A stretch of 63,768 nucleotides of DNA, counting the filler, from Choristocarpus tenellus KU-1152 (lineage: Eukaryota > Protista > Phaeophyceae): the NCBI GenBank assembly GCA_964200185.2. It is 10 parts of 10 records of this genome, joined end to end, with 100 filler letters (N's around TTAATTAATTAA, not from the genome) between each part and the next. Parts side by side here need not be neighbours in the genome. Positions count along the whole stretch, not along the records: positions 37,053 to 42,666 come from CAXNAD020010245.1; positions 42,767 to 53,663 come from CAXNAD020002642.1; 8 more parts are not named here. One strand, given 5' to 3'. The notes under the pieces are model-generated. The model did not search any database. It was not told the origin of the DNA and saw nothing but the letters and a program-made list of their open reading frames with translations. Both the position numbers and the translations under genes were made by a program. Shown here piece by piece: positions 38,380 to 52,100 of the stretch (its first letter is position 1; each line of letters opens with the position of its first letter).

Positions 38380-40711
38380 CTCATCCACATTTTGAAGGAC
38401 CAGGGCATCGGCATCGATGTAGACCACACTGCGGTACTCTATCAGAGTCCATACTCTCAGCTTTGTGTAACCTTCATCCACCAAGCACACACAGGGTTCG
38501 GGTTAGGGTTAGGGTAGACACTAAAAAGAGAGAGGATCAAAAACAGTGCGGTAAATGTATCGATAAAATATATATAGGGTTAGGGTTAGTGCCAGAGGAA
38601 GGAGGAGGACCACGAGAGGAAAAGGCGTTGCACGAAGTAAGGGTTGTTTTTAAATGACTTCAGTGTTGGATGATTGCAAAATCCAATGAGCTGCGACAGC
38701 AATTCTTGACAAATAGCAGGGCCTTTCCTGAATCAGTTGTCACAGGGGATAACACATCACACATACACTCACGTACAAGAGAGAGCTGACCCAATGTGTA
38801 ACATTATCCAAACTTTGTCTGTACCTTACATATATATATATATATATAGCACGGTTCTGTTTTGCTTTGTAACTCTTGATCTTTGTCAATCTTATAAAAT
38901 CTCCACCTGTCATGTTAGTTGGTCATTGCCTACTCATCATCCATCACTACGCCATCACTCAATCCCCTCCTAAATTGGTACTTCTCCTCTGTAGCCAAAG
39001 TCCAAATCATTCACAGCTAGGTGTGCATCCACATTATCTTAATCATTTTCACTTTATCCTGGGTCTGCACGGGTGGGTATTTTTTAACCCTAACCCTAAA
39101 AGCTCCCGTAAGAAAAAAAGATGCTACCGATGTGGGCCTGTTGCCAAGGCCTCACCCACAGAAAAAAAATGATGACGAAAACATAACTTCTCCCTTCCAG
39201 GTGGGGTATCAGCGGTGCCGGAGTGTGTACCATTGGTCTTCCTAACCATGCAGAGCCATGACTCCTTCACTTCCCTTGTGGTACCATCTGGTAAGACACT
39301 TCTAGTGACTATACACACTCACAGTTCGACAGGACATTTACGGTAATCTGGGATGAGACACCCTTCGTGATGACCCAAGGTGGCTACGTTTAATCTCAAT
39401 GGACGTATCCCAAGCAGTTTCGTATCACCCTGAACCACAGTACTTTACACTAACCAGTATCACATAGGGACCAAAGCAGTGGTCACACTCATGCACTATC
39501 TGAGCATTGCAATTCTCCGCCTAAGCCCAAATTTGTTACAGTCCTATTAAAGGACAAGGGTATGGGTTTCCTTGTGCCACCATCAAAGAGGCTGGTCAAC
39601 AGTCAGCACTATGAACATAGGGTTATAGTTCGGGCGTGATTGAAGTTCCGATGATAAGACTCAAGAAATGTGGAAATACTTAGAGTTGTTGTCAAAGAAG
39701 ATATCCGATTCCCTTTTGAAAAGCAGAGTCCGGTGGCGGTGGTGCAACATTGCCATAGCCAAAAGGTGACGTAGTTAGCACATAGGAACCAAACTGTATC
39801 AGGACAGGGATATCTATGTTGTACATCGCTGGAAACAGTCCCAACAAAGTGTCTCACAAAGTCATTCTCACCAACATCTGTCCAGCCTGGAACATGGGAT
39901 CTCCCCTTTGTTGGAATAGCGAGTGGCTCGATCTGAACACAAGACGGACGCCCCACCACCAAGCGGATTCCATGGCGAGGCCGGGCAACGGAGCGTTGGC
40001 GTTTGCTATAGGGTTTAGTCATGGGAATGGACCTCTTCACAACAGCAAAATATACACGATCACCACATCAGTCTGACACAAGCAGGTTCATTAAGTCAAC
40101 TGACAGCAAAATAGGACGAGCTACAACCCTGTTGATTGCAGCTAAATGCATCGCCTTGCCTTATTCAGACTGTTCACCTTTAACCTGTCCAAATATTCAA
40201 ATCCAATGATACTCCTTACAACGAACACTTCATAGTATCATTGAGTCGTTGTACTATTTAGGCGGCCCTATTTAGCAAGGAGCCCTCGTTGCATGCTTGG
40301 GGGAACGATGCCCCCACATATCCTCAGGAAACTATACCGCGTCGTCTGATCGATGTCTAGTCCACGAAAATATGCAACCCTTGTTCCTCAATTTGTCCGC
40401 AAGCATTGAGAACTATTGTGGTACTAACAACGATACCAATAGCCACGCAAAGCTTAAGCGCATTGACTCACCTCAATTAACCTATTAGCCAAGCCCTTCA
40501 AGATCTTCCTCCCTCGTGCAGAGACGGCAGGTGTCACCATTACCACCCTCTGCTTGGTGGTGCGTGTATCTCGAAGGGATAGCAGTAAGGCCTCCGCTCC
40601 TGTAACGAAATCGTCTGTGGTCACCATGGTGACATAGGCTTGTGCCTTTACTGTCTCCATGGTGACATAATTTTGTGCCTTGACTGGGCAGTCTTGTCGT
40701 TGATCAGCCAT
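38380..40711 (-). CDS. Glycosyltransferase family 8, glycogenin-like, 3'-partial
   Basis: Exons 40711-40472, 39932-39872 and 38471-38380 give AYVTMVTTDDFVTGAEALLLSL...VVMVTPAVS...IEPLAIP...WTDVGYTKLRVWTLIEYRSVVYIDADALVLQNVDE. These are typical GT8/glycogenin motifs, including the DxD (DAD). Confidence 0.9.
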
Positions 40712-41003
40712 GACCCTGACTATTTACAGATCCAGAGGTTGGTGAAGAGTACAACATTTGACAGTAATAGTAGTAGTACTGGTAGAAATAGCAGTAGTAT
40801 CCACAACATTTTGACATTTTGATTAAACCACCAATTTCCATTTCTATTGTAAGACTGTAACTGCCTGGTGGTGAAGATATCAATAATTTATAGACACATG
40901 TGAGTTCCACTCCACTCACTACGACAGAAGTAGCTCCCAAGTCCAGGGATTAACGTGAGGGAGGTATCCACGACACGGGCAAGGACGCCCAGTAGTGCAT
41001 GGA

Positions 41004-42371
41004 ATGGTGGGCCATTCACCAGCCTGGGATGGTGGAGAAAAAGGTGTTGAGACGATATCCCTCACGGCAACAGCATGCGTGTTTGACCTCGTGCAGACCA
41101 CAACGACTGCCATTGTGGTGCCCAGGAAACTTGTCCTGGATCGGCGAATAGCCAAACATCGGGACGCTCTAAGGTGAAGAACTTTAGTTCCCCCAGCACA
41201 CTAGAAATTTATGTGGTTCTAGAGAAAATTTTGAGCACCCTAACGCCCACTTCTTTACTCGATATCTTTCCCCCAGCAGGAGTGCATTAGTTTGTGCATG
41301 CTTCATAGTTCTACTGCAGAGTGCAATGAACATCATGCCTATATTGGACTTACGTCATCATAGTTAGCAGAACTACGCATCTACACTCTTTTCCTCACGC
41401 CAATAACCCAACCAAACGTTGCTAAGCTCTTCATTGTCGCAGGCGGGCACGGGCTCTGACAGCACCAGATCCTACAACATTGGATTTCGATGTCTCATCA
41501 TCAGAAGAAGACCTCGAGATGGACAGCCGGGTGGCTGCCATCGAAAGTCGTCAGGTTGGTCACGTGCAGTGAGCTTCGAAACGAACGTCTGAAATCAGTA
41601 TGTACTGAAGCAAGTGGAATAATTCTGTGGCTATGATGGTGTGGTTGTGGCATGACCTGAACACTCTTAATTCAATTAATAGTACTACCACTAGTGCTCA
41701 ATAAGGTAGAAAATGAATGTATTATATTTTTATCTGTGTTTTCCAATTACAGCTCTTCGGGTGAAGTATTATTCACAGACCTTGACAGGATCCTCTTGTG
41801 TTTCACCATCCTTCTAATGAAGGGAACCTCCCCAAATTCTCTCTAGCACGAGGTTTGAGCATACCAGAGCTCAACATTACATGCAATCGTACGTTGCAGT
41901 AGATAGATACTACATGTTGATGTTTGCTAGGTGCTACGCCAGATCACATATGCTACTTGCCTTGAAGAGCTCTAATGCACTCTTTACTGTTGGGTCACAA
42001 ATCAGATAACGTAAATCTACCACTCGAATTGCTGCCACCTAGGACACGGGTTTTTTCATTCCCTTTGCAGCTCAAGATTTGACAGTGGTTGAAAGTGGTA
42101 GACCTTGGTAACAAAATACCTGTAACTAAAGGCCGTTGAGTACCCACATGAGCTTCCCTCAAATGCAAATCATCCCATCATGAGCATATGATCACTGAGC
42201 TTTTTTCTTTCACGATATAGAGGTGATCCCACCTGATGGGAACTCTTAACACAGCTGGGTACTCCAACTTAACCTTTGTATCCTGCAGGAGATCGATTTC
42301 TTTGAACAACGACTCTCACGGACATTGAATAAGGATGATATCATGGGGGCAGTTACAAATATATCTGAGAG
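41004..42371 (+). CDS. Hypothetical multi-exon gene, 5' part, divergent from the GT8 gene
   Basis: Candidate in-frame exons ~41004-41173 (...RRIAKHRDALR), ~41443-41554 (RARALTAPDPTTLDFDVSSSEEDLEMDSRVAAIESRQ) and ~41789-41852 (DPLVFHHPSNEGNLPKFSLAR). A later candidate exon ~42289-42371 (EIDFFEQRLSRTLNKDDIMG) could not be phased confidently. No recognisable domain. Confidence 0.35.
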
Positions 42372-42587
42372 GTAAGAATATGAATGTAGTGAGGTGATAG
42401 GGATCCCCCAGTCCAATATAAATGTAAGTGCACAAAGAGGATGAAAATGATTTGTAAATGCGCGTGGCAGTATGTTGCGAGCAAGGAAGGCGTTATGACG
42501 ACTCGGAAATTTATGAGCCAGATCAGTTGAGAGGTAGGCAAGGCTAAATTATAAGGATCCTAAGAAAGGGTATGACTCAAAGTATCT

Positions 42588-42623
<36 letters not shown>

Positions 42624-43118
42624 GACACCCAGGGGGGGAAGGAGCGCAGAGTGTCTTCAGCCCCCCNNNNNNNNNNNNNNNNNNNNNNNNNNNNNNNNNN
42701 NNNNNNNNNNTTAATTAATTAANNNNNNNNNNNNNNNNNNNNNNNNNNNNNNNNNNNNNNNNNNNNGGTATTTGGGGGAGGTTTTTTTTTTTTTTTTTTA
42801 ACACGGGGGGTAGGATTTCAGGATTGATAGTTTCATGATATAGAGGGGTTGTGTTTTCGAGCAAATGATTCAATTTTTTTCCCTTGCCTGGTTGCAGTGG
42901 TGCAGTCCTTTTTCTTCTTCAGACAGAGACACGTTCACATTAGTTACTCCTGCAGTTTCAGCAGGGAGTGGGTTGACAAGCATGCTATTGTTGTAGTATA
43001 TATTGTTGTATTTTATTGAGTACTCACAAACACACTCTCAGTGACAGCAGTGTTTCAAATCATGTCCACAATTTGGTGCAATTTGGGAACTTTATGTGGA
43101 CAAAAATCTTTGATACAG

Positions 43119-46100
43119 GGCCTGACAGTGGATGGCAAGGGCTTTGCGGACAAGATGGCCCTTGACAAACAGACCAGCGCTGCAGCTAGTAATGCTAAAA
43201 AATCTGCTGGTGGGAAGCCCATGGTGCTTGAGGCTGAGCAGGTTGGTTATGATACCTCTAGTCTTTTTCTATTGCAGTGATGGTATTGTGCTTGTCTTAC
43301 ACCAATATCATTTATGTAATTGATTGTCATCTGGCCTGTTTGAAGTGTTGCTTGTGTCTGTGGTATCCTGTGTCTCTCAATACTAGAATCAGATGCACAT
43401 GCACATGCGCATGCACACAGTGGACACTTGGTCTTTGAGCAATTTTGCCCTTTGTGAAGACAGTAACTTGCAGTGTATGTGCAACACCTTTACAGCGCCC
43501 TTCATGATCCACTCCTGTATCGAGGGATCTATTGAATGTGAGACTGGTGTTTCAGACTGGTGTTTGGTTATTTTTGATAGAGATTGAAAGGAAGAGGAAA
43601 GGATCAAGTGACTAGTGTCCCTTTAATAATACCTTGATTTTTTTGTGACTCATATTCTGTTTGCAACCTTGCACTTTGCAATTAATGCCTACGGTATCTG
43701 CAACTGTGGGGCACGTCTTCACCTCACCAGTCCTACCCACCTTGACATTGATACAGATACATAACATTTATTTGCTTGATTACCTGGAGTGTGTTGTGTT
43801 GTATTGAAGAGTGTTGAAGTTGTTAGTGTGAGATAGCTATACCTTACAACCCTTTAGACTTGACTGTTCAATGTTTTGATGCATGTTTTCAACACACATA
43901 CACACATATGTAGGTATATATATGTATATATTTATATATATATTGTGCTACGGTAGGAATACTTGAAAGCACTTGGAATGTTTATAATGTGTCATTATGT
44001 TATTTTGATTTTCTTAGTTGTAAAGCAATGTTGCTGCCATTCTTGAGCGAGTTAGTTTAGCTGTACAGGACCTGTGTTGGAAATTCTAGCGTCAGGGTTT
44101 GCTTGGTGGGCAGAATTGCATGGTAGTTTAAGAGATTGTTTATGGTTTAATATATACTTGTTTTATTATTTTAGTATACTTCATGTATATTGTGTAACAG
44201 TCTCTTTACACCATACCGTCCTGATCATTACAATCGTGTCTTGGTGGCATCAATTGTTGGAATTGGGTTATTTTGGACAGGTTCTCATTGAGTCTGTCCA
44301 CCCCCTTGCAGTTGTATTTTTTGTGTTGAGCTATAAACTGACCAATAATCACGAAAATGGAATGTTGAGGGCAGTCTCAGATGCCCTTGTCCAACCAACA
44401 ACCACAATAGAGACAATAAATAGATCATGCAGCAACAGGTGGTGTTCCATTCGAATAACTGATGCCACCAATGCAACCCCTCCACCCCCATGCTTGCATG
44501 GATACCCTCCTTCACCTTAAATCCCAACATGACCCCCTTTGGTGTGTGCTGTGTACTCTGTACTATGTACTGTGTACTGTGTACTGTGTACTTTGGACTT
44601 TGGACTTTGGACTTTGTACTATGTACTTTGGACTTTGGACTGTGTACTATGTACTTTGGACTGTGTACTGTGTACTGTGTACTTTGGACTTTGGACTTTG
44701 GACTTTGTACTATGTACTTTGGACTTTGGACTGTGTACTATGTACTTTGGACTGTGTACTGTGTACTGTGTACTGTGTACTGTGTACTGTGTACTGTGTA
44801 CTGTGTACTGTGTACTGTGTACTGTGTACTGTGTACTGTGTACTGTGTACTGTGTACTGTGTACTATGGACTATGGACTTTGGACTTTGGACTTTGGACT
44901 TTGGACTGATGGAGCAGACGTCGTGGTTGGAGAAGAATGGTGTTGAGTCGACTGATACAAGTGCTAAGTACATCTGGTATCAACAACCAGGAGCCAAGGT
45001 GTGTATACCCCCCACTTACATACACAAATACCTCCTTGTTCCTGGTCCTGTTACTCTCCCAACTTCAACTGTAGTGGTAACTGTAAAATTGACCAAAATA
45101 TTGAAACAGGAGGTGCACTTTTTGGCTCAAGGTGGAGTCCTTGCACCTGTGATGCCTGATTTCATTTTGTGGTTTCCATGCAATGGCAAGGCGTGTTTCT
45201 TTAGTATGTTACTAGTTTTTTGCTCTGAAACACATTGAAGACTTGTTATTTAGTATTTAGAACAGTAAGCACTGACACAAGAGAGGGGTGGGGGACTTGT
45301 CATCTCAACATAAGGGTTGATCGAATGTACTTCTCTGGGTAGTTTTTTCCAAAAGTGGATAACTATGAATGTCAGAAGGAGAAGAGAAGAAAGCTCAAGG
45401 AGGCGTGATTCTTGGAGACTTATTTAGGACATCATGGAATGTTTGTATATTCTCTTGAGTTAATGCTCTGGTCTTTTCATGTTGAAATACTTCTTAATTT
45501 TAACATTTCTATTTTTTTATGTTTTCCAGATTGTGGCACTGTTTGCTGGGAAGGGGGAGGGGGAGGGTGGCATTGGTTTTGTCTCTGAGGTGCAGGGAAA
45601 GGAGGGGCATGTGGTGGGTGTGGTCCTTGATGCTACCAGCTTCTATGCCGAGGGAGGAGGACAGGTGTGTGCTGTATGTGTGTATAAAGTTTTTAATGCA
45701 AAGTGGAAAGTTTTTTTGGGCAGGAAGGGTGTATCTTTTTACCTTTGGAGCATAGTTGACACACCAGGGTATGCTGTACCTTATTCTATTTTAAGGAGTA
45801 TACATTTTGTTGGGGGAGGAGTATATACGTGCTTGCTTTGTAAGTATTGAGACATAGGCATGTATTATGCATTCAGTATGTTGAAGTAAGGTAAGAACTG
45901 TACAAAGGTGTACTATGCTTACTGACTAGTATTTAGATCTTTCTGTGGAATGAGATAAAAAAACTTTATAGCTTGTGTTTTGAATCTTTAAAAGAGTAGA
46001 TTCGTTGCATGCTTATTGAGGAATTTATAGCTTTAGTAGGGTTGAGATGTAGATGGTGATACTATGTGACTGTCACTATGCTATGAGTCATTGATGGTGA

Positions 46101-49100
46101 ATGTTGAACAGCTCTCACCATCATGAGCTAAACCCTAATGCTATCCATTTTTTCAACCTCAGACTTGTTTGTGAATGGAAATTGGTCATTTTTAAACTTC
46201 TGTGTTGGCCTGTCAGAAAAAATGTGGTTCTGTTTACTGAATAGAACTTAGGATATGGGTTATGGTCAAGTTTATCGATCAAGTAGGGAGGACTACAAAA
46301 GTTGGTATATGTTTGTATGTTGTTCAGTGCATCTTGCAGTGTAACTTTTGTTGAGGGGGGGGTGGGAGCAGGGGACACTGTGGGAGCTGACAGAATAGCT
46401 TGTCTTGAACTTGAAGGTATGGATGGCACTCTATTTTTGGGTGGGTGCAATGTAGTCACGGAGGATTATACTATGATTATACTATGATTATACTGAGAAT
46501 TGGTATGGTTGGTATGGTTGGTATGGTCAATAGCAGTTCATGGTCTGACTCTACCATCCCTTGTCCAATATCATCACTGGTACTTGGGATTATTAGACAA
46601 GTGAGGCAAGATTTTTTTAAAATAAGTTTCCTCAAGTTAGATAGCACTTCTTGGGTATCACCCTTGGATCCCTGCCCACTAACCCTAACACTCTAGATTA
46701 AGAAGGTGGATTAAGAAGGTGGTTGATTCGACTCGACAACTATCACTCCAGAGTGATTGTGTTATTGATAGGTGACAGTTACACCATGTTACTATTGGTT
46801 GATATATTGCTTTTTGTTGTGTCACTTGCCCTGCCTGCCTATGAATATTGTCACTACTTTATAATGTTATTATTATTCACAGGATGTTCATCACTGCATA
46901 TCTACTCCAAGTGTACTCCAACCGAACCCCAACATTTTGTTCCATAGCATCATGTAATTATTATGTAAGTATGTATTTTATTGTATTTTAGTATTATTTA
47001 GCAAGTATGTAAGTACTATATAATAAGTATGTATTAGTGTTTTATTATTATTTAGCAATTATGTAAGTACTATATAATAAGTATTATTTTATAGTATTTC
47101 AGTATTATTTAGCTAGTATGTAAGTACTCTATAATAAGTAAAACCTCGTTGTTAATACTGTCATGTCATGGAAATGAAAGGCATCTTTTCTCACTATTTT
47201 CCATCTCAGATTCAAGACACTGCTCCACTGCCCCACAATGGTTAAGAGTCTCCATCATATTCAAATCTCTCACCCCCCTACATCAGTGCATCCATTTTGC
47301 TTGTGAAGGCTCAGCTCACCTGTGACCCTTCCCACTCTCCTTGGCAGGTGTTTGACTCTGGACTTCTGACATCTGCTGATGGTAGTGTGACTGTGGCTGT
47401 TTCCCAGGTTCAATCATTTGGGGGTTACATACTTCACATTGGAAAGGTGTGCTTGTGAACTGCAAAATAGAAGCAATATTGAGGCACAGGGTATATACAT
47501 ATATTTATTTTAGGAGTTATTGAAGAGGACTTGCCCCTAATAGTCAACACATTCTTCTGGTTCATACATATTCTCAATTTTGCTTTGAATTTTGATAATA
47601 ATAATAATGTACCCTTTCAAGTCTTGCTGGTAGAAATTCATTCAATCAATCAGTTATTGTGACTAGCCTGTTTGTTTTCACCCATTTCACTTGGTGTACA
47701 CTGATTATAGTGAATAGTTGACTCTAAGTTGTATTAGAGGACTGCTTGGGTTGAGGATCAGTACAGTACATTTGATATAATGTCTGTAACATGCATACAA
47801 TGGACTTGGTTGTGAAAGTATGGTTGTGTGTGAAGACTGATGAGAGGGGTTGGCTTAGGTCTTGCATCTGTTGAGTAGTGTTGGTACTAATGTAGAGGAA
47901 GTCAAATGTGGTAGGAGGGGAATAGCTCTAAGTAGTTACGTTGCTAATTTTCAGTGATAGGTAGGAAAGGGTCCTTTACAGCTAGCAGGTATAGAAAGGG
48001 TGGGTGTGTTATTTAAGGGGAATACATTTCTTGTATGAGGTTATTGGAATGTGAGACAGCCAGCAAGTCAGCGTAAATAATATTCTTGTAGTGTATAGAA
48101 TGTTCTTGTACTATTTATTGTATACAATATTCTTGTACCATTTTAGTGTATAGAATATTCTTGTACTATATTTTGTATAGAATGTTCTTGTACTATTTAG
48201 TGTATACAATACTCTTGTACTATTTAATGTATAGAATATTCTTGTACCATTTAGTACCATGGATAGTACTATTAAAGTTGGGTTGTTGGGCTTAGGAGTG
48301 GGCTAAAAAAGGAAAGCTGACCGTAGATAATTGATTATGCAATGATGCACTACATGATGCACTACCCAAATTGGAAGGGTTTTAAAGGAAAAGGGGATCC
48401 TGATCAGTTGATCCTTTGACATTGTCACCAAATTTGCTAACAGTACTCTACATTGAGTGCTTCTATTGGCTAATTATGCGATGCTGAAGAACTGACCAAT
48501 GAGAAGGGCTCCTTGGTTATCCTTTCTGATTTGACTATCTCTAGGTTGTAACTTCCAGTGTATGATCATTTGAGATTTTACCTCATTAGGACTGGACCTC
48601 AGGGACCATAGGTGTATCTGTATTTTGTTTATAGTTGTAGATGTTTGTTGATAGATGTGTCTTGATCTTAGTCTAAGATGTTCATGTCCATTAGTGTCAC
48701 CGGGCACCTGTTTGATTAGGCCTCCTCTCTCCCTAGGGATCTGCTGGCGGTGAGATCAAACTTGACAGGGGGGATCTGGCATGCCAACTCCAGGGGTTGT
48801 GTTGAGGCCCATGTTACATTGTGGATGGCACCATAATTATACCTCCAAGTACTTAATAACATAATTGGTCGAGGCATAGGGTTAGGGTTATGGTCAGGGT
48901 TAGGGTTAGTTTGGATTTGCATCTTGGAATAGTCTGACTTATGTGCAGACCTGGTCATATCTGTTCTATGTCCTTGCATTTTCCTTCTGCTTTCCTGTCT
49001 CTCAATTCCTTTCAATTCCTGTCAATTTTGTTGATTTTTTGTTGTAACAGCCCTTTTTCTGTTGTACATGCTGAGCACAGCAGTTGTAGTGCATAATAGT

Positions 49101-52100
49101 GCATTAGGAAGAACAAGTAAATAGCCGTTCTGATTTGATTGAAAGGATTATCTTATTTTCTCATGCAAATCCCCTGCATTGTCATATCGCCTTCAAAAAA
49201 ATCTGTGCCTTTATGTGTGTAGGTGGAGAGTGGTACCTTATCTGTGGGTTCAAATGTGACGTGTATGGTTGATTATGAACGGAGGTCCAAGATTGCACCC
49301 AACCACACCATGACTCATGTGCTCAACTTCGCCTTGAGGAAGGTGGGAATATGTGTATGTATATGTATTGTGTATTTTACACCTTCTCCTTGATGCTTCA
49401 CATTCCCTAATCCTAGCCTTGAACTAATTAATGATCTGATGTAAGCCCTAAACACTACCCCTGAACCTCTTGACTCTTGAGTGTATTCTCATGTGTGTGC
49501 TCGATGGATCTTACTACAATGACAAATGACTTTTGTGATTGTTGGGATCAGCCAGTTTGGGGTGTTTTTCATCAAACTGATCAAATTCTGATATTGCTCC
49601 AATATTTATTGCGTTGTAATGTGTTCATTTTGTAGTGCCCCACTATTTACTTATTTATCTCACATATGTATGTATACCATAATCTTACTTCCTCCAGGGC
49701 CTCATTTCTTTAACTAAGGTTGATTTTCGATTATGATACTCAATAATTATGATACTCAATAATTATGATACTCAACACCATGCGTAGAGCACTACCATGG
49801 TTAAGAATTCACCGGAGGTGTCACTGAAAAGACCTGGATGGGAGGAACAATAATTTCTGGAACAATAATTTTTTATCAATTTCACTTTTTACACTACTTA
49901 GTTCAAGTTCTAACATTCTGGAGTTTCTGTTTGGGAGGGTTGATCATTACATATATTCCGTGGTTGAGGAAAAGGTCAGATTCAAACACGAGCTTGAGGA
50001 GGGACCCTCCCCAACCAGGCACCATGCCATTTTCTGTGGGGGAGTTGGTATCATACACTTGACTTCATAATGGGCATTGATCTTTGACCAGAAGCTGGAG
50101 AATTGGGGCCTTGCTGCTTACAGCTGAACTGAGATACCTTTGAGGTTATGGGTATGGGCAGTTATGGAGGGTGCTGCTACAGATCTGAAAATACCCTTAA
50201 ACTGTATAGAACAACCTGATCGTTGTCCCTAAGGCTGGGTAAGGCTATGGTGCTACCTGTGCCTTTGGAAATATAGTGAACTGTGAGGATTCAAGGCTAT
50301 TTTGTAGCTCAAGTGGAGGTATATGTGTAAACATGATTTTTTTGTTTTGTTTTATTAAGTACAATTTGTTTAGGTACTATTTTACTGAGTAATACTGTTT
50401 TCACTGACAAAAAAATAAAACGCATTCTGGGCTAGAAGAGGGTCTTGTTGTCAATGTAACCGAAACCCTGACCCTACTCTGTTCATCATAGTCCTCTGTA
50501 GTGTACCACCGGTTTTGAATTCTCCATTCACACTTGATTTGTCTGAGAGAATGACTTAGGATATCAAAATATTTTAAGGGTATTTGTTGATGTAGTCCCA
50601 ACCCTAACCTTGTCTATCAATGTCTCTATCTCTGTCTCAGGTGTTGTGTGAAGGGCCAAAGGCTGGCAATACAGAGGGGATGTGTGAGCAGAAGGGATCC
50701 ATGGTGGACGAGAACAAGCTTCGATTTGACTTCTCATGGCCTAAGGCACTTACGCCTGAGCAGGTACTAGCAATTCCTCATGAAAATGACTGTGTGTGTG
50801 ATGTACTTTCAGATGGAGTTTGTATGTATAGGAATGTTACATTTTTTTTTCATGGTTTTACAAGAGGGTTGGTCTACATAGTTTTTCACACTCTGAGATT
50901 GCAGGAGACTCCCTGCTAGATGGGTGGGATTCAGTGTGTGGATTTTTTCTTTACTTTTTATTCTTAGTGGATTCTGAAGAGTAAGTTTATCGTGTGTTAA
51001 CTAGTTAGGGTTAGGGTTTAGTATAAAGGTGTAGAAGTTAGTTGATGGTTCTATTGCATTGGCAATCCTACTTTCCAAAGTGTAGTTAGGTGTTTGCTCT
51101 ATGGTTTGTTTCAGCTCTGTTAGTGTGTGTATTGGAGTGTTTCCCTCTATACTACAGAACAAAAACTCTTTCCATGATACAGGTGAACACAATGCGATGC
51201 TGCTACTCTTGATGTCTTGCCTAGCTGATTACCCTTTGTTACTTCAGTTGTGATCCTGGTAGTCCCTGATATTGGGATGACATCATCCCTTTTTTGTGAT
51301 TGTGTTGTTGTAGGTGTCAGAGGTGGAGAAGATGGTCAACGACATCATTGACAGGGAGCTGGCTGTACATGCCTATGTTGCACCTTTGGAGCAGGTACAG
51401 TGCAATTACTGTCAACAGGAATCAAGCACCTATTTGAGTGCTCAACTGCTTTCACACTTTTCACATTATCTTTAAGTAAGTTCATTAGTGAAGAATGTAT
51501 GCTTGAGAAATGATTGTGATGAAGTTAGTGATGCGATGAAAGTAGGCAGCAGAGTGATATAGTTGTCACTAGCTGTAGCTCCTGTTCTGCATTGAGAGAT
51601 ACTCTACTAAACTACAGTTTGTTTATTATTTGATTCTTATTATTTTCTAGAAAAAGAGTTTTTGTCGACTTTCTTAGAAATATTGTTTTTGTGCTGCCAA
51701 CCAATCAAGAAGGTTAGGGATATTGTATTGTATACACTAATTGGTTTTTCTCTTCTGATCAATTACTATCTTTTTTGTGTTGTATACCCCAATTGTTTCT
51801 TCTCTTTCTGATCAATTACTATCTTTTGTGTATTGTAATCCCTAATTGTTTCTTCTCTTTCTGATCAATTATTATCTTTTGTGTGTTGTATACCCTAATG
51901 GTTTCTTCTCTTTCTGATTAATTACTATCTTTTGTGCACAGGGTGGGGGGTATGGTACTGAGTGGTGTATTATTCTCATTTTTTGTTCATGTATATTTTG
52001 AAAACAAATCTAAGGATCATACAGGGTTAGGGTTAGGGTTAGGGTGACACAAGCAATGTTGCGGTTCTCCTTCCCCTTCTTGTCCACACTGTCTCTGTGG

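Noticed and set aside
42289-42371. Exon EIDFFEQRLSRTLNKDD as an upstream AlaRS exon
   Set aside because: It lies across a spacer on another contig and lacks convincing AlaRS motifs.
44462-45238. 258-aa Cys-rich ORF and overlapping ORFs
   Set aside because: Mostly satellite translation; only 44918-44998 is a real AlaRS exon.
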